Source: Cycas panzhihuaensis (lineage: Eukaryota; Plantae; Cycadophyta). Taken from it: a stretch of 64,000 bases of DNA. Within the stretch, counting starts at the first letter, position 1. Each line of letters starts with the position of its first letter. The notes beneath the pieces are model-generated. The model searched no databases, had not been told where the DNA came from, and saw nothing but the letters and a program-made list of their open reading frames with translations. This document shows, piece after piece, positions 38,279 to 52,599 of the stretch. The DNA lies in contig CM041465.1 of assembly GCA_023213395.1 (NCBI GenBank), forward strand, positions 175,653,741-175,717,740, written 5' to 3'. A program made the position numbers and the translations under genes.

Positions 38279-41265
38279 AGTTATTGATAAATATTATTAA
38301 GCAATTTTAGTTTACAAATAAGGATTTGAATAATTTTTTATGAAGGCTATCTAAATGCTTATTATATCTATTATAAGGGTAATCAATATTGAAGCATGTG
38401 GTGGCATCTATATTATTATGGATATGATGATGATGAAATATAATGATAGCAATATATACATTTTAATATTAATATATAAGGGTTTGGTGTTGTTTTGGTT
38501 CCTCCTTTATGGACGATTGATAGAAAAGAGATGGAATCATTTGAATACAATCTAAATGATGACTATGGTTTCTAATGGGTGATTAATTGAGAAGTAAGTA
38601 TAGACATGAATTAAGTTACACTAATAATTATAGCACTGGCTAAAAGAATGACTACATAAAGATACCTATGGATTTATATACAACTAGCCATAGATAGACT
38701 ATATTGCCTCCTTTGTTGACTTAATGAGTAAAGACCTGGCTTGTATGAAACCCTACTATGGTCTCCACACCATCATGCCATAATTGTAGAGCCATACAAT
38801 GAAGAAATATGCTTGTAGTACATGTCATCAGCCCATTGTAATGAAATTTGATTACATAAAAAAATATAAAGAAATCATACACCCTTTTACCACCCATTTA
38901 GAGAGCCATCCAAACAACCTAAAACCTTGAGTAGATTCACATCTCAACCTCCTAAAGGAAACATATACCTTATAGACCTTAATACCATGGAAGAATCCAT
39001 GATTACAATCCAGAGAGGATGAAATAACTCTATATCAATGCTAATACATAAAGTAAATATGTTTATACACAGTCAAAACAAGTAAAGTAATTATCATAGA
39101 AAATAGTCTACACGTAGAAGAAAAAACAAAGAAACTACACTTACTTGCCCAAATAACATGTGCCCATAGAAGAATAGCATAACCAACCCTGAGCTCTCCA
39201 TAGGTGTTGGAATGAGTGAGATCCCTATAATTCAAAAGACATCATTCATTATATGAGGAAGGAGAAATATTGTAGACATTGTGGAGAAAACAAAGATCAC
39301 ACCATAAGCCAATCATAATTATTACAATAAGTATTATGTAATAGACAATTATAAATATCATAAATTGATTGGCTAAAGAGCCAGAGATAATTGAATAATG
39401 TAGATTCATCAAAATAATTATACATATTTTTTTTGAAACATAAAAAAAATTATAAAATATTTTCTAAATTTAACTGTCTTAGATAAATTTTCAAGACTGT
39501 AGTCCCCTAGTAATTTAACATGTGGTCATATGGAGGAATAATATGATCGAGGGCTTATTCGTGAAGGGGGAATACTCCAAATTAGATTAAACTAAATTTG
39601 GTAATTTTTATAATTACAAAATTTATAAATCAAATTAAATTTTATTTTGAATTCTAAAATCCAATTTATTAAGGATCACATGAAATTTATGACACACTAG
39701 TATATTTTCAACTATAATTTCTCATTGAAATGTTAGAATCAGGTGTTATTAGTTATGTTAGAAAGAGAACTTCAAGACATTCAAAATTAGTAGTCACACA
39801 ACATATTTGAGATAATAAATAATAGAGATATTAATAGATAAATTTGAACAAAGTGCTCCTAACCTTATAAAAGTTACATTTTATGACATTTTTCAAAAAA
39901 GAAAAGAAGTATATTCTGATGTTTTCAAAGACTCTAGATATAATGATTCATTTAAGTTTGGTTGATGAAGAAAGAAAAAGAAAGTCTCATCTAAAAGTAA
40001 ATAATTTAAGACTCACTTATGATATTTAAAGGTTTATGCTAGTTTTAAAAAATTATGGAGTGGGATATATTTGTTGAAATGTTGATAAGAGAATTTATTG
40101 ATATATTAGACATGCAAAATTCCCCTTGAAAAATCACATTTGGTTTAGTAGATATATAACACTAATCAAATGTCTATGATTCACTTGATTTGAGTAATAT
40201 TTTGAATGATTGATAAACACTTATTTAATGAATGATGAGAGCACCTAATATTTAAGAAAAGCCTAGTATAATTAATGTTAGAGAGATAAGTAGATTATGA
40301 GAGAAATTCTACCTATTAATTAGATAAGGAGAGAAGTCTCATATGATTATTTAATTGGCACACTAATTAGCTATTGATGTTATCCAACTAATATTTAGTT
40401 GTTGAGGTTGTCCAACTGAAATATGAACATGTTTATCAATGAGAAATCTGACTAGCCATATATAATAAGAGGTATATAAATATATTTTTATTCTATGTTG
40501 TTACATGTAACTTGTCTTAGTCAAGTAGTTTAGCTTGTTTCCAAAGTTAGTATATTTTAGATATTGATTTGATAATGTTGTTAAATGGTTGCTAAAGAAA
40601 GTTATAGAATGTGAAAATAGGGAAGCATATAAAAGAAATCTTATTTGTAAGATGTAAGTAAAGGTTTCATAAGCTACTCTTACATGACACACTCAATTGT
40701 ATTATTCTAACTTGTACACAAGAGGTGAGACTATACTAACTATACTACTCTTGTAACAAACATTTTGAAAGCTGACAAACCATGTATAAAAAATAATTAC
40801 TTATAAAACTAGACATTATAGAGGTTGTTTACCCATATATTTTAGTAGATAGTTATTATTTTATATGGACCTAATAATCAATTTATTTGTTATTGATTTG
40901 ATTGATTGATTATGCTTGATAATAAATTTACAAGCGAAGATATAAAGATATTTGGGAAAATGTTTTATATATTATTTGATGAATGATGGTTGATATTTAC
41001 AGATTAGGTGTTTATAGTTAGTCACTAAGATACACAGATGACTACATATAAGTTATTCATCATAGTTATATAGGTTAATGCTTATAGGAGATAAGCATGA
41101 TGGATGGTAGATTTACAAATGATGGATGATATAGATTATAGGTGATGATACTTAATATAGATATAAAATACAAGCTACAAGTTATGTTCTAGTAGATAAA
41201 TATAAAGACACAAAGACCAAGGAATTGAAGATTAAAATTTGAAGACATTAAACATTAAGGGGGAA
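38279..41265 (+). mobile_element. Highly decayed Ty1/copia remnant(s) ending in a PPT
   Basis: Weak gag-like traces at ~38500 and ~39700. PPT ttaagggggaa 41255-41265 followed by tgttgg. Confidence 0.5.
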
Positions 41266-41438
41266 TGTTGGAATAAATTAATTAATCACATATATAATGT
41301 TTAATATTAATGATATGGCATATACACAAATGCACCGAACACATTGAGATATATGAGATATATACATATATATATATAATTATGCTATTGGATGATGTAA
41401 TTGCTCAATAAAAAATATAGGCTACTTATGAAGTGAAT

Positions 41439-44400
41439 TGGAGTGTGACCTCCACTAAATTAACTTACAAGTTGGTAACAACAAATGGAGATCAAGAGAA
41501 TTACAATGGATTTATTATCTTTCAACACTAAAATTATATGGAAAATACATAATGAGCATAAGTGAGCATAAATAGAACACCAAATGAGTACTATAGTACT
41601 TTTCTCTTAAGAGTAAAAATGACAAGATACCCTTCTTCTATAATCCACGACCCTTAAATAGACAAAAGAGGGTCCCTTCTAAATAATCTTATTGGTGGCC
41701 CAAGCGACCTTATATTTTATTGAAGGGCTTAGTAACCCATGCATGAAGTTTCATAAATAACACCGCACTTAATCATCTAAAGTCTTTACATATGTTAATT
41801 CTTCTTATGACTAATAATGCCAATCATGTAATAGGTCCCCCTCCTTGAGATGTTGAGTCCCTAAAGTATTTAAGGTGAGGATGTTGCTTAACAAACTCAA
41901 TAGATTCCCAAATAGCTTCATCTGGTCTATAGCTAGTCCAATGTATTAAATATTTAGAAATTAATCAATTCTAGAGATGGCATTATCTACTAGCTAGGAT
42001 ATATTCTAGAGTGATAGCAAGTGTTTGTTCTTTATCTAAGACTGGTAAAACTATTTGCAAAACTTGGGTTTTATCAATATACTTTTTGAGATAAGAAATG
42101 TAAAAAGTGTTATGGATTTTAGTGGTAGCAGGAAGGTTGAGGACGTACGCAACTTCACCAATATATTTGAGGACTTTATATGGACCATAACATCGAGGGA
42201 TGAACTTATGGATCTTTTAGCATTGGAGGGAATATTGCTTATATAATTGAAACTAAAGGAACATAAGATCACTAATGTTAAAGAAGCGATCTAAACAATG
42301 GTAGTCTATGAAATACTTCATGCAATTTTGGGCCATGGATAGATTTTATTCAAGGATTCTACTATTCTTATCCATATGATATAATTTTTATTATACTATA
42401 ATAATGCAAAGATTTATGCTTAATGTATGGTGGGAAGGTGGGTGATACCTGTATAAGACCAGAAAAATAGACATCCCAGTGGTTGAATGGTGAGAAGAGT
42501 TATACTAGTACTCCATTGAGGCTATCCATATTGTCTATTTAGACTGATGATTGAATACAAAATAACATAATTAGGTTTCTAAAGTTTTATTAAGAACCTT
42601 CAATTGACCATTAGTTTATGGGTGATAAGTTGAAGTCATATTGAATGATGTTCCCCAGGCCTCGACTAGTTCTTACTAGAATGAATTGGTGAATTTAGGA
42701 TTCTAATTGTATATAATGATTGATAGAAATCTATGCAAGTAGAATATTTTTTGAAGGTAAATATCTATAATGCATAAAGCCTTACATGTAGTTTATATAG
42801 GTAGAAAATGGGCATATTTTATCAACCTATGAATGACCACTAGGATTGAGTCATACGTAATAGATAAAGGCAAACCTATAATAAAATCCATGGCAATATC
42901 TTGTCACTTATCTTATGGAATATTTGAAGGTTATAAGAGACCTAGTTAAGGTTTTGTATCTCCTTTGTTATACTAGAAAGTATCATATTCTAAAATAAAT
43001 GTGAGAATGGTTGCCTTCATAGATGGCCAAAAGAAGTTTGAATAGATCCTATGATATATCTTATCAAATCCTAATTAGGGAGATAAAAGTCAATGCTAGG
43101 TATATAAATATACAATTTTGGTATAGTAAAAGGTTGTTATAGATGGATCAATTCGTATGGGTATAGACCTTATTGGCCCATTATATATAGTTTAGCTAGG
43201 ATTAGTTATGTAAAGCCATTTACTGTATCCATGTCAACTCTAGAGTGGAAATGGCATGAATGAATGGATTGATTAGGTGATTAGTGGTAGTGGTGACATT
43301 AATTATAAGTGATGGTAGTTGGGAAAGAGCATTTACCACTACATTATCCTTTCTCTTTTTGTAAGTGATTATGAAATTAAAGACTTGGAGTCAATCAACC
43401 CATTTATCACATTCTTCTGATAAGACTGGGTGAAGGCTATGGTGGTTAGTTAGGATGGTAAACTTTGATCCAAGTAGATATTGTTGCCATTTACCTATGG
43501 CATGGAGAATTCCCTTCATTTCTTTTTAGTAGGTAGATAAATTGCACTCATGTTTCTTGAGTTTTTAACTTTCAAAAGCAATGGGATGAAGGTCCTATAT
43601 TAAGACTACGCCCGATCCAAATTTAGATGCATCACATTCTAGTTGAAATGGGTGAGTAAAGTCTGGTGTAGCCAAAATAAGGATTGTCATCATGACTTCC
43701 TTAAGGCGAGTGAATGCCTTATTAGTAACTAGAGACCTAAATAGTACCTTTATTAAACAAATTGGTTAAAGGAATTGCTAAGGCTATATAATTTCAAATG
43801 AATTATTGATAGAATCTAGTAAGTCTTAAGAAGGACTATAATTGAGTCAAGTTTTTAGGGACTAGCCAATTGATAATGACTATAATCTTATTTGGATCTA
43901 CATAAACACTTATGAAGGATATAATGTGGCATAAGTATTGTAATTCTATTTTTCCAAATTCACATTTAGAAAATTTGGCATATAATTTGTTAGTGGTCAA
44001 ATTTTGGAGAATAATTTCTAAGTGGCCCATGTATAAGGTCATATTTGGGTTATAGATGAGAATATCATTAAAAAAGACTATGACAAATTTCTAAAGGTGT
44101 GGGAAAACTATCTCATTCATTTATGCCTAGAAGGTGGCTAGGGTATTACATAGGCCAAACAACATAACTTGGAACTCAAAGTGGCCATGTTGAGTTGGAA
44201 AGGCCATTTTATGTTAGTCCTTCGATAGGAATAGGATATGGTAATATCCTCACTGTAGGTCTAATTTAGTAAAAAATGTAGTACCATGGATCTCATTCAG
44301 CATGTCATCGATCCCAAGTATAGGAAATTTATTTTTTATAGTTATTTTGTTTAATTTGTGATAATTAATATAAAGTTTGAATGAGCCATCCTTTTTATGA

Positions 44401-47400
44401 ACTAACACAATGGGTGTAGAATGTGGGCTCTTGCTGGGTTGAATAATACCCATATCTAATAACTCTTTTGTGATTTTTTCTATTTCATTTCTCTGAAAGT
44501 ATGAATTTTTGTATAGTTGAAGGCTAATGGGGTCATGTGAGTTTTTCAATTAGATGGTATAGTAATAGCCTCAGTCGGGTGGAGGACTAGTTGGTAATGG
44601 GGTACATACTAATTGATATTGATCTAATACTTGTTGAATATCATGGCAAATATATGTATGAGCTTGGATATTGTTGATATAAACTATGTATCCCACATTA
44701 CCATTTAGTTATCTATGCATCTTATGAGGTGAAATTAGTTTATTCAGTGGAGACTACATTCTATAGAGCTTATGTGATCGACCCATATGGTCCTTAAATT
44801 GGATAAATGGGTTTGTAGATGAGTTGTTGGTACCATAAATTTCTAATGTTTGGAGCCATTATACACCTCGAATTTCATTTGACCTACCAATGGACAAGGC
44901 ATAGAAGTTAAAGGTTAGTGTGTATGAGCTAATGTAGACAGTGAGATTTTTTATAGTCCTAACATAGTGAAAGGTGTGATGACTTGGTAAGGAACAAGTA
45001 AATCCAGTCTTTAGTTCAATGTATAGATTAAGCTATTAGGCAATGTATACATTAATAAAGTTTAGTGATGTACTGCCATTAATTAGAATGATAACGGATC
45101 TCTTTCACAGTGTTCCCTTAATGTGAAGTGGATTAAGGCATGAGGTAGAGGAAATAATAGAAAAAGATATTGAAGGTTCTAAAGTGGAGAGCAACTCTTC
45201 ATTAGAGTGCTCTTCTTCAAGTTTATGATTAGAATTAGAATCATCTTCTAGGGCTAAGTTGGGATTAATTATGGATACTAGTTTCTTAGCCTTATAAAAT
45301 CTACCATGATTGGTGGTCCATTTTTTTGCATATTATATATAGAGGTTGACTTCCAAACAATGATGTGCTTCATCTTGAGTGATTTGGATGGGTTTTAATG
45401 ACTACTCTTCTATATAACATTCTATAGTTTGGTGTTAAGTGTCTTCCACTCATAAACATGGTCGTTGATAGTCACCTTGTCACTGCTAATGGAACCATAT
45501 GAATTTTCATCTATAAGAAGAAGACATTTATATAGTAAACTTTGCTTCCACTACTTTGGCCATGCTAATCGCATTTTGCGAAGTTTATAAAGTTAAGGTC
45601 TTAAGGTACATTTGAATATGCTCTTTGAGTCTAGATGCATATGGGTCAATCTTTGTTTACTTGTGAGTTATTGATCAACTTGATTATGTAAAGACTGAAA
45701 CTTGTCTATATACACTTCTATAGATAATACTTGTTTTAAACTTATTAATTATATAAAGTAAGATTGGCTCCATGTATCCTCATACTCTTTAAAGAAACTA
45801 GTAGTGAAATGAGCCCAAGATTGACTTATTGGGTATTCTCGCTTCCACAATTACAACTAATGGTGTACCTTCTTGTCTAAATAACTAGAGGTAAATATGA
45901 GTTGCTTATTTATAGACATTATATTAAAGGCAAAATAGGACTCTAATTTGCCAATCTAACTTTATGCACTATCCTTGTTAAGGTTTAAATCAAAAGTTAA
46001 AATGTTAATCTTATGGTGAAATGGTTACTGTTGTCACAATAATAGAGTTATTATTTGATTTAATGTGGGACCTGTTTGATTTAAGGGATTGATTTATGGT
46101 TGTTATACTATTATCTTTGCCATCTAATTCATCATAGTAGTTATATCTAATTTGAATGTAAGATTTATTATTTTTGCTTACATTAATACTTTAACCTATT
46201 GTTGCATGATAGCTAATTCTACTTTCATATCCAATTACCATGAGATAAACTCATCTCTAGAGTTATGATTCTTTTGCCCTAGGTTAGGGTCATCATGAAT
46301 ATAGAAAGGGTTTAAAAAAATGGGGCACAATTAGAAGAAAAGGGTTAACAAAGTAGGATAAGTAAGATAGAATGGGTTTGAAAAGATAGAGAAAAGAAAG
46401 ATAGAAAGGGTACTTAAACAAATTAGGATGTATCACTAATAAAGGAAAGAGGAGAGAAATGAGTGAGCAGGTTGGGGTGTTTATAGCATGTTGACCCCTA
46501 AATTTAAGTAATAAAGTCACCTAATGTACTAGGAAAAGTGTGACAAACTTGTTGAAATGATATAAGTGAGTTACAAATAGAATTTTAGGCTACTGGGGCC
46601 CATAGGGTGCCAATAGTTCATTTTTTCTAAAAGTAGTAATTAAAAATGACCTAGTGGAAATTAATTAGTATGATGTACTGATTAAAATAATATGTATAAA
46701 CTTTAATGGTCACTTTTAAGGCCACAAACTCTTTTTTTTTCCTTTTCTTTTTATGAACTTAATTACACCTAGAATAAAGGACGACCAAAAGAATAGGGAT
46801 AGCCTACCAGACTCTAATGCGGGAGTGTTTATCTATGTAGGCCCTACGATAAACTTCAAAGAAGTTTATATAGAGTAGCTTCCAAGTGCCAACCACTAAC
46901 CTGTGTACTATAGATAAACAAATAGCTAACTGGATTCCTATTCTAGGTAAGGCAAAGGGAATCTTATAAAGGTCCTTTAATATACCTGAAGGTATATGGA
47001 GGCTTAATTCTATAGTCAAGTTCTATATAAGGCTTAGTTCAACAAACTTAACCGAAGTCCTTTACATAAGGGAAGAAAAGCCGCAATGTGTTTAGCCCAA
47101 AATGATAGATCCCTATGATGTTTATAGAACCCCCACATAAGGTCTCTACTTAATTAGGGCAAGTAGGTACCAAGCAGAGTTATCTACCCTTATACATGAA
47201 AGAAAGGGGATAGAAAGGGTAACTATCAAGTAGCATTGTTTAGCCTTGAACAAAAATATGAAATCACTTAAATTAAAAAAAAAAATTACAAGAAAAGAGT
47301 TTCAAGAGTCACCAAAGAAAAAAAAATCTTTTTTTTTTTAAGCTTTTAGATATCTTTGGTGGATCATTAAAGATCACTTTAATGCCACTTGGTGCATGAC

Positions 47401-47784
47401 CTCCACTATATTTCCTTTCAAGCTAGTGATAACAAATAAAGATAAAGAGAATTATAATAGCTTCATTATCTTCTTAACACTAAAATTACATGGAAAGTAC
47501 ATAATAAGTATAAATGAGCATAAATATAACACTAAATAAGTGTTATCGTACTATTCTCTTAAGAGTAAAAATGACAAGATACCCTTCTTCTATAACATAT
47601 GGCTTTAAATAGACAAAAGAGGATCCCTTTTAAATAATTCTATTAGTGGCTCAAGCAACCTTATATTTTATTATAAGGCTTAATAACCCACATATAAAGT
47701 TTCATAACTAACACCACACTTAACCATCTGGAGTCTTTCTGTATGTTAATACTCCTCATTACTAGTAATACTGATCATGTAATA
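41439..47784 (-). mobile_element. Full-length degenerate Ty3/gypsy chromovirus D (related to B)
   Basis: 395-bp LTRs 41439-41833 and 47390-47784. PPT complement ggtccccctcctt. Decayed PBS complement cactttaatgcca ~47375-47387. TSD tgaat/taaat (one transition). Chromodomain KYLIHWTSYRPDEAIWE ~41905-41955. RT ORFs 44250-44549 and 43836-44042. Confidence 0.92.
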
Positions 47785-48487
47785 TAAATATTAATATAAA
47801 TATGTACACACACCACTTGAGAACTTGAGAAATGTCTATATTTAAAGATATACTTTTTTTTATCATAAATAAGAGCTCCCAACTCCACTTTCTTATGTGA
47901 TTTTTCCCAGATTAGGTTTTTCACTTATAAATCTTGGTGTCTCTCTTATGGTAAATGCTTATGATATTTATCGATGCATATTTATATTTCTGTTATTAAT
48001 ATTTCTTTATATGTGTACATTCCTTATGAGATAAATTAGTCATTATATATGCATATTATAGGAAAAAATATACAAGGGGAATGGGGCAGAACATAAAATA
48101 AGCTTTAATAAGATGAATATATCAATACAAATCTTCAATACATCAATGTTGTAATGTAGCATAAACCATGAAAGCATTGTATTCAAGCCATATTGCGAGA
48201 AGTGAGCATTACAAATTTCCCAAATAAGGGTGGTGTCTAAAAATACCAGGGTTGCACACCCCTCAATATTTATAATTTTAGGGGAGGAGGGAAACTCCTC
48301 AACCCCTGAAATTTAAATTAATAATAAAATAATGCTAACTTAACTCAAATGAAACTAACTCAAATTAACATTAACTTACCTTAACTTACCTACACATGTT
48401 GAGAACCTACATGTGTAAAATAAGGTTGATGAGGTGTACAATCCTAGTTGGAAGGTGGGAGTGGAGTGATGACGATTAACTCCAACA

Positions 48488-49221
48488 TTCTCCCCCTTAA
48501 TGGTAGTCATGAACACTTGTATCTTCTCCTTGAACTTATGGAACTTGTATTTGAAAAAAACTTTGAAATTATGATATTGATCTTTATTAACTCTTCTCAT
48601 CCTTATAAGCACATATGTCTCTTTATCATGGAATGATGTAAAAAAATTGTAAGTAGATGAAACTTGATTCAAATGTAGATGAATAACTATAATTTTAACT
48701 TTGTCAACTGGAACATTAAGAAGGCTTTAAACTTGAACTTTGTCTTTTGTAGTCTTTATGCTATGAACAACTGTCATATCATCAGGTTCATTCTTTATCA
48801 TATCATAGGATTCATTCTCCCCCTCAAATGGAGGATCAGGTACTTATGCAGCAAATTGGTCCTGCATTTGATCTGAATCTTCATAGGCATTGTCATTACG
48901 ATTCACCCGTTCTGTCACTTGTCTCACATGCTCATCAAAAATATCATCAAATACATGGAGGGTATCTCCCCCATAAGTAGAAATTAATATATTCCAAACA
49001 GATTTTAAAGTTGTTAATTCATAAACCTTTGAAAATATATTATCATTCATAGTGCAAAATAATAGTCCTAAAACTTCATTGTTATTTCTAAAATTTTCTT
49101 TAATACTGAAATCATATTCACATTGTAAATATTTCAAAAGATCATGTTCAATAAAATAGTCTTGAATAGTCTTGTGCCATAGTGAAAAATTTTGCCCATC
49201 GAATATAGGAAATTATGTCAT
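48488..49221 (-). pseudogene. Single-frame mini ORF of element F: copia gag N-terminus, acidic linker, pol-tail-like end
   Basis: MT*FPIFDGQNFSLWHKTIQDYF...FSKVYELTTLKSVWNILISTYGG (DUF4219/UBN2-like). ORFs 48844-49137 and 48376-48672 share a frame; only three TAA stops over ~245 codons. Confidence 0.75.
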
Positions 49222-51139
49222 TTTACCAAAGAACTTTAGTACATAAAAGTATGTATTTTTATTAAGTCAAAAATACTTAATAAATGAATAATGTCTTGTA
49301 TGATATCAAATATCCTCTTTAAAAGAAATATAATGCCCTTTGAAAATAAAAAAATACCTTAGAAAGTGAATGCAAAGTGAATGACCTTTTTTAACAATGA
49401 TGAAATAAAAAAGGCCTTTCAATAAGTGTATGCCCTTGGAATAATCTTTGATATACTTTTCGGATATAATTTGAAATAAAATGAATATAAAAGCAAGTTT
49501 GAATATAATAAAGATCCTTTAAATAATATAAATATGAAATGTAACTTTGATTATAAAAAGAATAATCCTTAACCTTTTGATTTTCTTGAAATGAATAAAT
49601 GTAAACTTTTAATGTAATAAATCTTTAGCCTTGATGATAATATATAATGTTGAAACTGAAAGGTATATGTGTATTTTTACTTTGAAATATAAAGAATATG
49701 AAGAAATTTTGAATAAAAAATATTATACTTCTTAAAAGAAAGATTTAAAGGATAACCTCAAGTTGGACAGCTTCAAAAGTGTATTAAATGATGTCAGAAG
49801 AATATGAAACTTCACTAGTATGAAGATTAATAAAATATGAATCCAATAAAACTAACTGTTTTGAAAACGGGTTCCTACAAGTCACATTTTGATGAATCAA
49901 AGATACAGACCTCCTTTTAAGGCCTAACATGAGTAAGGAACTCAAAAACTTATAAAAATGTTAATAAAACTTTACAGAATTATGTAAAAAGGTCAAATAT
50001 ATCTTAGAGTGCTACTTATTATATTTTCAATTGAAAATTTTGAGAAACACTATACACAAAATGTGCAATTATGGTAAGTTAGAGGTAATTAAGTACCTCA
50101 ACTTTGATTTATTTAAAAATTGGTAAAAATACGTTAAAACATATAAAAAACTATGTCAAATCGAAGAGAATTGAGTCAGCTTCCCAAGGAAACTAACGGG
50201 ATTAAATTCTGATATAAAATAGAAAAGTTATAATGAAAATGGTAATAGGTACCTTTATGATAAAATGTTAAGAAAAATACTAAAAACCACTAAAGTAACA
50301 CCTTTGACAATTAAAATAATGATCAAAATAGATTCAAAAAATTAAAATAAATAGTTGGTAATAAATTTTTTTGAATGTAGATCACTGTAAAACAAACTCG
50401 GGTAGAAAATAATTACCTGGTAATAAAATATAATCAGTTAAAAAAGTGGATTTGTAAAAAGTTTAAAAAGGCTCAAAAAATGACTGATTGACTTTAAATT
50501 GACTGGAACAGGCTCAAATCAGCACCAAATTGGTCATATGACCAGTCAAAATCAATCTACAGAAAATTTTTGACGCAATGAAACTAGTTTCGTTAGAAAC
50601 TGATGACTCAGTGAAGAGTTATGGCAAAAATTTACCAGTAACCGTATGTAAAGTGAAAATTAAAAAAATAAAATAAAAAGAAAATATAATGAAAATTATG
50701 TTAGCCCATTTTCAAAAGGCTAACGGTCATGTGAAATAACTCTTGTAACCAGGGGCTAAGAGTGTGAAGGGGCTAAGGCCCTTTTAACCCTAGATTTAAA
50801 AGGATATACAATATACTTTAATTTTGCCAAACTTTATAAAAATATAAAATTAAAAAAGGAAAAATAAACATATCATAATGCTGCCACCCTCCTCCTATTC
50901 GTCGCCACAACTGCGGTGCTCAGATCAAAAGATAGAGGTGGGAATGAATTCGAATTTAGGCGCGCGAGTTAGAAAGCATTATTGCTAAGTAGATCTGCTT
51001 CTTTAATTCACTTCAGGTTGGTTTTGCATCGTTCATAATGCTATATCTTAGTGTTTACAAGGCTATCACAACAAGAGGGACCCTAAGATACCAGTTTTCA
51101 ATCCTACATAGTCGTGCTTCCTCGCTTCAATCCAGTAAT

Positions 51140-51357
51140 TTAGAGGAGGAAAGGCGATCAGAAATGTAGATGAGAAGCTGGATGAAGAGCTTTTAAGGCC
51201 TTTGGCTGAGGTTGGTAATTCATATACTAAAATATGCTTTAGCAATAAGAGCTTTGGTGTTGATGCTGTCCGTGTTGTGGAAAAAATTATGCTACGTATT
51301 CAAAAAAATCTCACATATATAGATCTTGCAGATTTTGTTACTGGATGGCCTGAGGCA
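51140..51357 (+). pseudogene. RanGAP: Captured fragment of plant Ran GTPase-activating protein (start of the LRR domain)
   Basis: EELLRPLAEVGNSYTKICFSNKSFGVDAVRVVEKIMLRIQKNLTYIDLADFVTGWPEA matches the plant RanGAP stretch as recalled (LLRPL....NSYTKI.FSN.SFG..AA.......IK..L..VDLSDFVAGRPE.EA). Similarity stops abruptly after PEA. Confidence 0.85.
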
Positions 51358-52599
51358 CTTTCATCAACTAGATTTGTGCAAATGACTATTGTGCAAGAAT
51401 CGACTCTTTCGGTTACTCTCAAATGAAAGGTAGTTAGGTGACCAATGAAGGTCTTGGAGTCGCAGGCCATATGACTACTACAGCATGGATGTTTCCAAAA
51501 AATAGAAATGCTTTGAACCGAAAGAATGCTTTGAAACCTACAACCTTAGCAAGGTCAACAGCACTTGGAGTATGATACCAAAGGTGTTTACAGAGCAGAA
51601 TAAAAAAAAATGTTGAGTTGGACCCCAAAAAAAGCTTTTGAGGGTACTTGAGGTTCACTTATTTCTTTAGTTTCATATGAAAAAATGTCTATGCAAAATA
51701 TACAAGGAATATACAATGAAGGAAGATAGACATGCAGAAGCTTGAGGAGACCATGCGAAGCAGACTTGCTTATTTTGAGAAGGTTGCAGGTAATGAAAAA
51801 ATACCAGGATTTCAAGAAGCTAGTTTACTTGGACACATCAAAAGGGCCTCTTGTCAGAATATTGTGCAAGCATTGTGTTATTAACAATGACGAATATTTA
51901 TGCACTTGGGAATTTCAAGATGAACAAAATGCAAATGTAGTAGCGTCAACAGTTGGTTTTGAAATAAATACTTCTGCAGCAGGTTCTTAAGAGAGAGATT
52001 CAAAATGAAGGAGGGTGCCTACAACCTGAAGATAAAAAAAACACATTGCAGGCTGCTCTTCTCTTAGTAGCAGATTTGTTTAAGAACAACAAGAGGGAGA
52101 ACCTCTTTGCCAATCAGGTTCTTAAGAGAAAGATTCAAAATTTTGTATACTATGCTTTTAAGATATAGAGCTTTGTATGCTCTATATTTACATGCAGCAA
52201 ATTGTTGTATTCCCTCTTTTTGTTTTTATAAATGACGTAATATTCAAAAAATCATATATTTGTTCAAAGAAAATATGAAAAAAAATGTTGAGTTTTTTGT
52301 TGAAAATGAATAGTCTTCATACAAGATGTATACCATGAAAGAGATTTTTCAAAAAATATATATATTTGTATAAAAAATCATGAAGAATGTTGATTTTTTT
52401 TTTTTTTTTTTTGTTGATTCAATAGAGCACAAATGAAAACAGAAGATTTCAAATATTTTGACAGAAATATATCAAGCAAACGAGATGCATATATATGTAT
52501 CTGAAATGTTTTCAAATATATTGCAGATATATCAGAAGTATGTATTTAAAATTGAAAAAGCAACTGAAGAACCTGGTAAATGTGACTATAGCTGATTTC

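Noticed and set aside
38620-39400. Possible DNA-transposon (MULE/FAR1-like) or gene fragment
   Set aside because: No convincing motif, TIR or TSD could be read by eye.
51202-51426. Functional RanGAP gene
   Set aside because: Only ~70 codons match; no WPP domain, no further LRRs or acidic tail, no ATG start, and it lies between LTRs.
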